From assembly GCA_025935195.1 (NCBI GenBank), contig JAICVS010000004.1:107-64106 (forward strand): a DNA stretch of 64,000 bases, written 5' to 3'. Source of the stretch: Ktedonobacterales bacterium. GTDB taxonomy: Bacteria > Chloroflexota > Ktedonobacteria > Ktedonobacterales > JADMIN01. Of this stretch, positions 1-7,959 are shown one piece after another; the first letter of the stretch is position 1; the number at the start of each line of letters is the position of its first letter. The notes under the pieces were generated by a model. It ran no database searches. It saw nothing but the letters and a program-made list of their open reading frames with translations, and had not been told where the DNA came from. The position numbers and the translations under genes are program-made.

Positions 1-92
1 ACACCATCCGGCGAGGCGGTGACGCGGGTGACGCCGGCCCAGGTGGCGACGGTGCCTGAGACGAGCGTGCTGGTGAGCGTGGCGACGGCCAT
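1..92 (-). CDS. hypothetical protein, 5' end only (gene runs off the left edge)
   Basis: ATG at 92-90 follows an AGGGAGAGGA Shine-Dalgarno-like run (rc of 98-107). The frame MAVATLTSTLVSGTVATWAGV... stays open to position 1. No family recognised. Confidence 0.35.
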   Translation of the reverse strand, partial: MAVATLTSTLVSGTVATWAGVTRVTASPDG

Positions 93-194
93 GATGATCC
101 TCTCCCTTCGGCATTGGCGGCGCGGGTGCGCGGCTCCATCTGATCATGAAACACCCGCGCGCCCGATCCGGTTGCGCCTCCGGCTCCATCCAGG

Positions 195-1061
195 CTATAT
201 GCCGAGCGCGTCCTTCGCCTGGCGCAGCGCCGCGATGTGCTGGTCCGCGCCGGTGAGGCCGCCGCTCATGGTGTTGACGGTCATATAGCTCGCGCCGAGG
301 CTTTCCCAGTTCGCGACGAATGCGGCCCATTCCGCCTCCGGCATGCGCGTCGTGGTCAGCCGCGCCTCGATGCCCACGGCATCTTCGGGCCGACCCGCCT
401 CGCGCTGGAACTCACGCAGCCGCTCGACCTGCGCCCGCGAGCGCTCATCGGGTGGGGTCTGCGGCAGCCAGCCGTCGCCGAGCGTACCGGCGCGGCGCAG
501 CGCGGCATCCGAGTGGCCGCCGACCCAGATGGGGATGGGCCGCTGGACGGGCAGCGGGTTGATGCCGGCGTCGTTGATATGGTGCCAGCGCCCCGCGAAG
601 GTGACGGTGGGCTGGGTCCAGAGCGCGCGCAGCACGGCGATCTGCTCATCGGCGCGGACGCCGCGCGTATGGAAGTCCTCGTTGAGCGCCTCGTACTCGA
701 CGGCGTTCCAGCCGACGCCGATGCCCAACCGCAGCCGTCCGCCGCTCAGCACATCCACCGCCGCCGCCTGTTTCGCCACCAGCGCGGTCTGGCGCTGCGG
801 CAGGATGACGACGCCCGTTACCAGCCCCACGCGCTGGGTCGCGCCGGCCAGATAGCCGAAGAGGGTGAAGATCTCGTGGAATGATGACTCGCTGGAGTAC
901 GGGCCTTGCCAGCCGGGGCGTGTGGCCGTGCCGGCGCCGAGGACGTGGTCGTAGGCCAGGATGTGTGTGTAGCCCATCTCCTCGACCGCTTGCGCCCAGG
1001 CGCGCACGCCCGCTGGGTCCGCGCCGATCTCTGTCTGAGGGAAGACCGCTCCGATCCGCAT
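195..1061 (-). CDS. LLM-class (luciferase-like) F420-dependent oxidoreductase
   Basis: The translation (MRIGAVFPQTEIG...GRLRLGIGVGW...IPIWVGG) is typical of luciferase-like monooxygenase / F420-dependent oxidoreductases. GAGGAG lies 7 nt upstream of ATG 1061; the track's earlier GTG lies inside this RBS. Confidence 0.85.
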   Translation of the reverse strand: MRIGAVFPQTEIGADPAGVRAWAQAVEEMGYTHILAYDHVLGAGTATRPGWQGPYSSESSFHEIFTLFGYLAGATQRVGLVTGVVILPQRQTALVAKQAAAVDVLSGGRLRLGIGVGWNAVEYEALNEDFHTRGVRADEQIAVLRALWTQPTVTFAGRWHHINDAGINPLPVQRPIPIWVGGHSDAALRRAGTLGDGWLPQTPPDERSRAQVERLREFQREAGRPEDAVGIEARLTTTRMPEAEWAAFVANWESLGASYMTVNTMSGGLTGADQHIAALRQAKDALGI

Positions 1062-1280
1062 GTTGCCGCTCCTCACTTTTCGGGCCTACTGCCCGGTAAT
1101 CCGCTTGACGCCGCTCCCGTCGCGGCGCACACTATGGGCATCGTGAAGCCGCGCCGCGCCGGACGTGTCACGTACAGCATACGGCACGGCGGCCGGCCGA
1201 TGGCATCCCCCCGCGCGTCTCATGCCGGGCGCATGAGCTATGCTGTCGTGCTGATTGTCTGGATCAAAGGAGACCGCTCA

Positions 1281-1514
1281 GTGGACGTTACGATCACCTA
1301 CTGCCACACCTGAAACTACCAGCCACATGCCGTCAGTTTGGCGGATGAGCTTCTGAACACCCTTGGCCGGCGGCTCACGGGTGTGACGCTGCGGATCGGC
1401 CAGCGTGGCGACTTCGAGATCGTCAGTGATGGCGAGCTGATCTTCTCGAAGCAGCAGTTGGACCGCTTCCCCAACGCGGGCGAGATCGTGCATCTGCTGC
1501 GCACGCGCGGCTGA
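1281..1514 (+). CDS. Rdx/SelW-like thioredoxin-fold protein with in-frame TGA (candidate selenocysteine, C-H-T-U motif)
   Basis: GTG 1281 follows AAAGGAGA (1266-1273). The reading is VDVTITYCHT-TGA(1311-1313)-NYQPHAVSLADELL...GDFEIVSDGELIFSKQQLDRFPNAGEIVHLL, ending at TGA 1512-1514. The frame stays open through the TGA, which occupies the second redox position of the CxxC/CxxU motif. Confidence 0.7.
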
Positions 1515-1636
1515 GTGCGGGTGTATGGCCCATACGTGGCGGGAAGCCGGTGCGGCGGTATGGCCGCTTCCCGTCCACACTGGGTATACTGAGGCCCAAA
1601 GGCGGAGCGTTCTCGTGGCGCGAGGAGGCAGACACG

Positions 1637-1891
1637 ATGGGTACGCGCACGATCACCATCGAATACCCGGACGAGCTGCTCCATGAGACCGACGAGCGGC
1701 GGCTGGCCGCGCTGGCGCGTGAGGCGTTCGTGGTGAAGCTGTACGAGCAAGGGCTGATCGGTTCCGGGAAGGGCGGTGGGTTGCTGAGCATCACGCGCTG
1801 GGATTTTCTAGACCTCCTGGGTGCGTACAACGTCTCCTACTTCGACGAGGATATGGACCTGGGCGAGGAGATGCGGATTGCTCAGCCCTAA
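1637..1891 (+). CDS. UPF0175-family antitoxin-like protein
   Basis: GAGGAGG (1622-1628) precedes ATG 1637. The sequence ...ALAREAFVVKLYEQGLIGSGKGGGLL... fits UPF0175 proteins that pair with PIN/DUF3368 toxins. Confidence 0.75.
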   Translation: MGTRTITIEYPDELLHETDERRLAALAREAFVVKLYEQGLIGSGKGGGLLSITRWDFLDLLGAYNVSYFDEDMDLGEEMRIAQP

Positions 1892-2363
1892 TCCGGTCAT
1901 ATCCAACACCACGCCGCTCATATCGCTGGTAGGAGTAGGCTTGCTTGACCTGTTACATTCCCTTTACGCCGAAATCTGGATCCCGCCGCAAGTTCTCAAT
2001 GAGTACAATGCGGGTCGCCAGCGGCACGTGTACGCACCAGACCTTGCCGCGTTGCCGTGGATTTTGGTGCGGCCCGCGCAAACACATCCCGCCGTCCCGC
2101 CCACGCTTGATCCGGGCGAAGCCGCGGCGCTCTCACTTGCTATCTCCTTCCATGCGCGATTCGTGCTTCTCGATGAAGAGAGGGCGCGGAAAGTCGCGGT
2201 TCGGCTGGGCTTGCCCGTCACTGGCTCGCTTGGCGTCTTACTTCAAGCGAAACAGCCTGGTCTCGTCCCACTGGTCGCGCCCATCATAGAGGCGCTGATC
2301 GCCCAGGGGCGGCGCATTGGTCCGCAACTACGTGCGCGCATCCTCGCTCAGGCTGGGGAATGA
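1878..2363 (+). CDS. PIN-like nuclease (DUF3368-type) toxin
   Basis: The N-terminus ...VISNTTPLISLVGVGLLDLL... and LDPGEAAALSLA are typical of DUF3368/PIN. It overlaps the upstream UPF0175 gene by 14 nt. The TTG start at 1878 is uncertain. Confidence 0.7.
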   Translation: MLSPNPVISNTTPLISLVGVGLLDLLHSLYAEIWIPPQVLNEYNAGRQRHVYAPDLAALPWILVRPAQTHPAVPPTLDPGEAAALSLAISFHARFVLLDEERARKVAVRLGLPVTGSLGVLLQAKQPGLVPLVAPIIEALIAQGRRIGPQLRARILAQAGE

Positions 2364-2368
2364 GGCTG

Positions 2369-3481
2369 TCATCCCCACCAGAAGGAGACGGCGAGCAGAC
2401 AGTACAATCCGATCAGCGCCAGTCCTTCCAGCCAGGTGGATTTGCCGTCGTAGGTGATGACCGTTCCCAGGCCGGCGGCCAGCCCCAGCGCCACGACCAA
2501 GAGGGCCGGCAGCACCAGCAGCAGATGGGTCGGCGCGATCACGAAGCTGAGCAGCACCAACACCGGGATCAGCCCCAGTGCCACCTGGAGCGAGCTGTTC
2601 AGGATGACACTGATCGCGTAGTCCATCTTGTCGCGGGCAGCGAGCTGGATGCCGACGACGTTCTCGACGGCGTTGCCGGCCAGCGCCACCACCACCAGGC
2701 CGGTGAAGGCCTGGGAGATGTTGAGCGCGGTGATCGCCGGGCCGAGCGCGTTGACGAACCAGTCTGAGACGAGCGCCGAGCCGAGGCCGGCGCCGATCAG
2801 GATGGCGATTGCCAGCCAGAGCGGCCAGGGTCGCTCTTTCGCCTCGATCTCCTGCATGGTCTCGCGCGGTACGCTGTTCGGGCCGCCGGCGAGCGCGACG
2901 GGGATGCTGGCGGCGAAGACGGCCAGCAGCACGACAGCGCCAGCGATGCTCAGGATATCCTCGTGGCCGGCGGCGGGCGTATGCAGTCCAGCGGTGAGCG
3001 TGGGGACGACCAGCGCCGCGACGGCGAGCAGGGTCAGCGTCGCCATCGTACGCGGAGCCTCGGCCGGGAACTTCTGCGTGCCGTGGCGCAGGCCGCCGAT
3101 CAGGAACGCCAGCCCCAACACCAGCAGGCTGTTGCCCAGAATCGAGCCGACCAGCGCCGCCTGCACGACCTGCACCAGCCCGGCTCTGAGGGCGAAGATG
3201 CCGACGAAGAGCTCCGGCAGGTTGCCCAGCGCGGACTGGAGCACGCCGGTGGCGCCGGCGCCAAGATAGGCGCCGAGCTGCTCCGTCGCCTCGCCGACCA
3301 GCGCGGCCAGCGTGGCGAGCGCGGCGGCGGCGACGACGAAGGTGAGAATGGCATTGGCGCCGGCGGCGTTGAGGATGCCGGTAACGACCGCGGCAACGAG
3401 CGCGATCAGCAGCAGGATGCGGGCGCGCACCGCGATCGTGGCGATCTGCTCCATCACTCCAGTTGGCTTCTGCCGTGTCAT
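2369..3481 (-). CDS. Ca2+/H+ antiporter (CaCA family, Cax/ChaA-like)
   Basis: Polytopic membrane protein carrying the two alpha-repeat signatures GNLPELFVGI... and GNAVENVVGI... GGAGAAG precedes ATG 3481. Confidence 0.9.
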   Translation of the reverse strand: MTRQKPTGVMEQIATIAVRARILLLIALVAAVVTGILNAAGANAILTFVVAAAALATLAALVGEATEQLGAYLGAGATGVLQSALGNLPELFVGIFALRAGLVQVVQAALVGSILGNSLLVLGLAFLIGGLRHGTQKFPAEAPRTMATLTLLAVAALVVPTLTAGLHTPAAGHEDILSIAGAVVLLAVFAASIPVALAGGPNSVPRETMQEIEAKERPWPLWLAIAILIGAGLGSALVSDWFVNALGPAITALNISQAFTGLVVVALAGNAVENVVGIQLAARDKMDYAISVILNSSLQVALGLIPVLVLLSFVIAPTHLLLVLPALLVVALGLAAGLGTVITYDGKSTWLEGLALIGLYCLLAVSFWWG

Positions 3482-3748
3482 CTCACTTCTCCGTTCACCG
3501 GCAGGCTATCCGGCTCCTCGCCGTGTCGCTGGTCTCTCGCCGCCACATGAGGGATAGCATACGACAACGCCGGCTCGCCCGCACGACGTGTGCCGGGGCC
3601 GACGTGATCGAGCAGACGATGGATGCATGCGCTGGCACATACTCTGCGCCGATACGTCGTGATGTGAGGGCTATCGAATACGTTGAGCGAGTACCCGCGC
3701 TCGGCTCGCGCTGGTGCGTGGGCGCGCTCATACAGAAGGAGCAATGCG

Positions 3749-4060
3749 ATGGCGATCAACCTCTATGAAGATAACGGCGGCAACCTGTACATCCACCAGG
3801 AGGGAGCGCCGACGGCGTGGTGTGTGCGGCCGGGCAAGGGGTCATTCCCACGCGACGCGGAGGCGATCAGCCGGGGCGACGTGGCGAGTTGGACGGTGCC
3901 AGAGGTGGAATGGGGCGCGGTGGAGCCGAAGGTGGATGAATCGTCGCTGCGCCATATCGCCTGTTGGTCCGGGCCGGATCAGTGGGAGGTGGTGCGGCGG
4001 CCGAGCGGCGAGAACGGTGGGTACGTCGGTGTGGGTCCAGCGCGGGAGCTGCATGGATAG
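3749..4060 (+). CDS. hypothetical protein
   Basis: GAAGGAG (3735-3741) precedes ATG 3749. Codon usage looks coding. No family recognised. Confidence 0.5.
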   Translation: MAINLYEDNGGNLYIHQEGAPTAWCVRPGKGSFPRDAEAISRGDVASWTVPEVEWGAVEPKVDESSLRHIACWSGPDQWEVVRRPSGENGGYVGVGPARELHG

Positions 4061-4193
4061 CTGAGCGCCATGATCGAGGCCGGCGATTGCACCCCAGCCT
4101 GACGGCCGCCGGCCACAACATCCGCGCGGTGCGGACGGGGGATGCGGAACGGCAAGCGGCGGCGCTGGGCATGTCATGTGGGGCATATCGCTA

Positions 4194-6119
4194 TCAGGCG
4201 GCGGGGGAGTCGAGCTGACGCAGGGCGTCGTCCACGGCGTCGCGCAGGGCGCTGACCTCACGGTGGGCGATGGGGTCGGCGGCGGGGGTGTAGTGAGTGA
4301 GTGCGCAACGGGCATGGCGCCGCGCCTCGCGCAGGTGGGCGCCGGCGATGAGCGTCTCGCCGGCGAAGAGGGCGTCGGCGGCGCGATTCTGGAAGAGCAC
4401 GGCCAGCCCGTGATGCGCCAGCGCCCACAGGGCGGGATTGGAAGGGTAGGCGAAGACATCCAGGGCGGCGCGATAGGCGGCGAGCGCCTGTCGCCAGATG
4501 TCCGCGCGCAAAAGCCCTTCGCTGACCGTGGCGCGCGCGGAGAGGGCATGGCCCAGCTCGTACTGCGCGCGCGCCCACTCGTACGGCGCGGCGCGTAGCG
4601 AGCAGCTCTCCAGCGCGGCGCGGAAGCAAAGCACGCCGTGCTGCTTCTCGTTGCGCAGACTGTAAGGCAAGAGCGGGCCAAAGCCTTTGCTCTCCTCTGT
4701 GAAGGTGACACCCAGGTCGGTGAGCGCGCCGACATCGCCGCTACGCTCTAGACACGCGAGCAGCCAGGGCCAATCGTCGCTCAGCTCGGCGTTGGCGTTG
4801 AGGTGCGGCGGGATGGCGGCGATGTAGGCGTTGGCGGTGGGCACGAGCTGGCGCATGCCGCCGGTGGCGGGAGTGTGGACGCGGATGAAGCCGGCCGCGA
4901 CCAGCTCCGCGCGCGCGGCGGGCCACGCGGCGGGGTCGAGGCCCAACAGCGAGGCGGCGACCGCGACGACGCGCGTCTCCGGATAGGTGTAGATATGGGC
5001 CGAGCGCAACAGCTTGATGGCGTGCAGCGCGTGGCGCGCGTCCGCGCTCAGGCGCCGGAAGACGGTCGTGCGCATCTCACGGATTCCCAGCAGCAGCGAG
5101 CCGGGAGTGCCGTCGAACGCATCGCGGCGGGCGACAACGCCCTGCTTGGCGAGCGCGGCGACGAGCTGGTCGGCCTCGGGCGCGGTGACGGCGGCGAGGC
5201 GGATTGGGGTGAGGCGGGCGAGCAAGCTGCCAAGGTGGCGGCGGGCGCGCAGCTCGTCCTGCCCATCGGGGCAGGTGGCGACGACGACGCAGCGCGCGCC
5301 CGCGCGGGCGAGGCGGCGTGGCAGGTCGGCCACGAGCGCGCCATCGGTAGGAGTGGCCCAAGTGTGGATATCGTCGAGCCAGAGCACGACTCGGCGCCCG
5401 CGCAGGCGCGCGAAATGTAGGTGAGTGGCGGGGTCGCGCGGCCAGCGCAGCAGGGTCCAGCCGGGCAGCTCGGCGCGGATCACCTCGAAGGCGAGCCGCG
5501 TCTTGCCGGAGGCCGTCGCTCCATAGACACAGACGCCGAGCGCGGCGGCGTGTGAGGCGCGGCGTACGCTGGATGCAGCGGCATGGATGGCGGCATGGAT
5601 GGCGGCGCGGGTGGCGGCGTCGGCATCGCTGCCGCTGGCCGCGTCGCGGCGGGGCAGATAGACCGGGCCGAGGTAGCGTGGCACATAGTCACAGGGGGCG
5701 AGGCGCCGTACCGGGCACAGATCGTAGTTGTCAGCCAGATGGAGACGCTCGCGCTGCCGCAGATAGCGGTTGGCGGCAAACGCATACCATGACACGACCA
5801 GCAGTGCGAGCGCGGGAGCGGCGGCGACAGCGGTTTGCGTCGCGTTCAGCGCCAACGACCGGAGCGGAGGAGATGCGGTGATGCCCGCCAGCGCGAGGCC
5901 AAGCGCGGCGCCGAGGCCGAGTGCGGCGGCCAGCCATATCCAGCGCAACACGCGCCATAGCGCCGCGAAGACGCGCAGCACACGCTCGCGCGCGGAAGCA
6001 CGAGGCGGCGGGCAGGTGAGCGAATCTTCGCCATCGGCGGGATCAGCGAAAGCAGCGGGATCAGTTGGAGCGGTCTGGGAGCGGTCCGCGCTGAGTATAG
6101 TGAGCGTGGCGCCGGGCAT
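4194..6119 (-). CDS. membrane-anchored P-loop NTPase with C-terminal TPR-like repeats (STAND-like architecture)
   Basis: GAGGGAGGA precedes ATG 6119. Two hydrophobic helices lie near the N-terminus. A Walker A motif (GATASGKT) is followed by VVLWLDD (Walker B-like). The C-terminal third is alpha-helical repeat. Confidence 0.75.
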   Translation of the reverse strand: MPGATLTILSADRSQTAPTDPAAFADPADGEDSLTCPPPRASARERVLRVFAALWRVLRWIWLAAALGLGAALGLALAGITASPPLRSLALNATQTAVAAAPALALLVVSWYAFAANRYLRQRERLHLADNYDLCPVRRLAPCDYVPRYLGPVYLPRRDAASGSDADAATRAAIHAAIHAAASSVRRASHAAALGVCVYGATASGKTRLAFEVIRAELPGWTLLRWPRDPATHLHFARLRGRRVVLWLDDIHTWATPTDGALVADLPRRLARAGARCVVVATCPDGQDELRARRHLGSLLARLTPIRLAAVTAPEADQLVAALAKQGVVARRDAFDGTPGSLLLGIREMRTTVFRRLSADARHALHAIKLLRSAHIYTYPETRVVAVAASLLGLDPAAWPAARAELVAAGFIRVHTPATGGMRQLVPTANAYIAAIPPHLNANAELSDDWPWLLACLERSGDVGALTDLGVTFTEESKGFGPLLPYSLRNEKQHGVLCFRAALESCSLRAAPYEWARAQYELGHALSARATVSEGLLRADIWRQALAAYRAALDVFAYPSNPALWALAHHGLAVLFQNRAADALFAGETLIAGAHLREARRHARCALTHYTPAADPIAHREVSALRDAVDDALRQLDSPAA

Positions 6120-6230
6120 GCTGTCCTCCCTCTGCGGATGGCCGCGTTCCCCGGTCGTATCTCAGGGCAGAGCGAGCGGCAAGCCGGACCCAAGCAATAT
6201 CCCGGCCAGAATGGCAAGGGTCGTGGCGGC

Positions 6231-6293
6231 GACACAGACGCGACACAGACGCGACACAGACGCGACACAGACGCGACACAGACGCGACACAGA
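6231..6293. repeat. 11-bp tandem repeat (GACACAGACGC) x about 5.7
   Basis: Read directly: five perfect 11-nt units plus a partial unit. Confidence 0.95.
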
Positions 6294-6324
6294 TATGGAG
6301 CGCGGGTCTGGAGTGGATGTGGGC

Positions 6325-6479
6325 GGAACTGGCCGGTGCTGCAGGATCGCGCGTTGTACCTGCCCAAAGAATGGGCCGACGCCCCCGCTCGACGGGCGGA
6401 AGTGGGGGTGCCAGCCGCCGCCACCCGCATGCCCAAGCCGACGCGCGGCAAGCGGCTGCTTGAAGTTGCCTCGCTTTGA
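6325..6479 (+). pseudogene. IS701-family transposase fragment
   Basis: ...VLQDRALYLPKEWADAPARRAEVGVP... matches the LYLP(E/K)xWaxDxxRrxxaGVP signature of IS701-type DDE transposases. Only about 50 codons are present. Confidence 0.5.
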
Positions 6480-6493
6480 TGGAGACAACATCA

Positions 6494-6610
6494 TTAGGCG
6501 ACGACCGGTGTTTGCGTAGCCCACCTCCTCTCATAGGCATCCGGCGAGCGGTAGCCGAGCGCGGAATAGCGCCGCTGGCGGTTGGAGAAGACCTCGATGT
6601 ATTCACCGCC
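6494..6610 (-). pseudogene. IS3-family transposase C-terminal remnant (integrase-core tail)
   Basis: The rc reads GGEYIEVFSNRQRRYSALGYRSPDAYERRWATQTPVVA*, matching the IEvFYNrqRrHSaLgY.SP..yE motif. The frame is cut by a stop at its upstream edge (6610). Confidence 0.6.
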
Positions 6611-6632
6611 TCAACGCCATTCGCTCTGCGCC

Positions 6633-6661
6633 TTGACAGCCCACCTACTACATGGTAAATT
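6633..6661 (+). promoter_or_regulatory. sigma70-like promoter of repeat-element copy 1
   Basis: TTGACA (6633-6638), 17 nt, TAAATT (6656-6661), with TG one base upstream of the -10. The same architecture occurs in all four element copies. Confidence 0.6.
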
Positions 6662-7003
6662 AGTTCTATCGACAGGTATGCACCCCGTCACACACACACC
6701 TGAACACCTCCATACGGAAGGCAAACATGGCGCTCCCATTCCGTCGCAGCCCTTGTCCTTGCGGCATGGACCTTGCCACATCACCCCATATCCTTGCCGT
6801 TTTTACCATCTCCCTTGCCACTTCTTGCCGTTTTTGCCATCTCCCTTGCCACTTCTTGCCACTTTTGCCGCCCAGAACGCGCAACATCACGTTGCCAATT
6901 CGCCCCGCACGGCTTGAATTCGGCATCCGCGAGGAGGATGCCCCTGACACATGGCCAAAAAGCGGCAAAAACGGCAATGTTCACCATCCCAGTCAACATT
7001 GCC
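6633..7003 (+). repeat. promoter-led TTGCC-array element, copy 1 of 4 (candidate ncRNA / MITE-like)
   Basis: Shares the promoter, the AGTTCTATC start region, the CCTGAACA box, the TTGCC array, the GGCTTGAATTCGG box and the terminal palindrome GGCAATGTTCAC(6973-6984)/GTCAACATTGCC(6992-7003). A 31-nt unit is duplicated at 6794-6824 and 6825-6855. Confidence 0.75.
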
Positions 7004-7173
7004 ACGGAGATGCGGCTGGTATGATACCGCTTTGGTCTGTGGTGTCGCCCTATTCGCGGCTCGCACGGGGTACGGAATTACCCCCGGCATGTATGCCGGG
7101 AAGCGTACGAACAACAACACCCTTGCCCAAGCGGGTCTGCGAGAGAACGCCAGTGGCTCAGCACGCCTCAGCC

Positions 7174-7665
7174 TCAACCGCCCTCGTAGACCTCGCGCGC
7201 CCGCAGCGCCATCTCGATGAACTCGTAGGGCTTGCCCCGCGCCATGTGCGTAAACGTCCGCACCGTATGGAACCCCGCCCGCTCGTAGACACGAATAGCC
7301 CGCTGGTTGAAGCGCGCCACGTTCAGCCGGTACGCCTCCACGCCCAGCCGCTTGCGCGCGAACTCCAGCCCCGCCCGCACGAACTCCAGCCCGTGCCCCT
7401 GCCCCGTCAGGTCCGGCCGCATCGCCAGCCCGATCTCCACCTCCAGATCGCGCTGCACGAACGAGAACATCCCCACCAACCGCCCGTCTTCATCCAGCAC
7501 CGCATAGTAGACCACCACACCGAAGAGCCGCAGGACTTGCTGTGTGAGGTAGGTCATCGCCAGCACACCGCTAGGCAGATCGTAGAACGCATACTGGCCC
7601 TCATAGCGCCAGCGCGCCGCCGCGCGCACATCGCGCCAGCGCAGCGGCCTGAACCGATAGCTCAT
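7174..7665 (-). CDS. GNAT-family N-acetyltransferase
   Basis: The motif-A-like segment RPDLTGQGHGLEFVRAGLEFA and NQRAIRVYERAGF are GNAT hallmarks. GAAAGAGGGGA precedes ATG 7665. Confidence 0.85.
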   Translation of the reverse strand: MSYRFRPLRWRDVRAAARWRYEGQYAFYDLPSGVLAMTYLTQQVLRLFGVVVYYAVLDEDGRLVGMFSFVQRDLEVEIGLAMRPDLTGQGHGLEFVRAGLEFARKRLGVEAYRLNVARFNQRAIRVYERAGFHTVRTFTHMARGKPYEFIEMALRAREVYEGG

Positions 7666-7737
7666 GCCGCTCCCCTCTTTCCGGCCGGTGGTACGCCGCC
7701 CGCCATGCCGCCGCTCCGCATCCACCGCGAAACCTTT

Positions 7738-7923
7738 TCAGCCGCTTCGCCCGGCATTTCCCCCCATGTCATACGCCGCGATGCCGGCCTCTCGCAACCG
7801 CCCAGGTGCCGGCAAGACACGCGCCAGTCGCGCCCCCTCCCCGCGGCGTATCGTCACCACCGTCGAAGCGATGGTCAGCCTCTTCGTCGAGTCACTGATC
7901 GTCGCCGTCATCACCCAGCGCAT
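7738..7923 (-). CDS. small hypothetical ORF downstream of the methyltransferase
   Basis: Track ORF only. It has a weak resemblance to AbrB/SpoVT-type swapped-hairpin proteins (VVTIRRGEG...). No clear RBS. Confidence 0.25.
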   Translation of the reverse strand: MRWVMTATISDSTKRLTIASTVVTIRRGEGARLARVLPAPGRLREAGIAAYDMGGNAGRSG

Positions 7924-7959
7924 CCTGGGATTGCGCTAGGCAGGCTCTCTATGGTCACA

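Noticed and set aside
4064-4218. Possible small XRE-type HTH gene (…IRAVRTGDAERQAAALGMSCGAYRYQAAGES)
   Set aside because: It is only a short HTH-like stretch at the tail of a spurious-looking frame, with no start codon or RBS in frame. It overlaps the 3' end of the convergent ATPase gene. At most it is a remnant.
6231-6293. Tandem repeats (6231-6293, 36333-36400) considered as CRISPR arrays
   Set aside because: The units are directly abutting (11 bp and 27 bp) with no unique spacers, and no cas genes are in the window.
6666-6977. Recurring 'MPFLPLF...NSS...IGN...GGKSGK' ORFs in all four repeat elements (also 15284-15514, 31714-32115, 61375-61731)
   Set aside because: They are antisense to the conserved promoter. 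Copy 3 has a stop right after GGKSGKKRQ. The sequences lose all amino-acid conservation after about 45 codons, and other frames are equally 'conserved'. The conservation is therefore at the nucleotide level, not the protein level.
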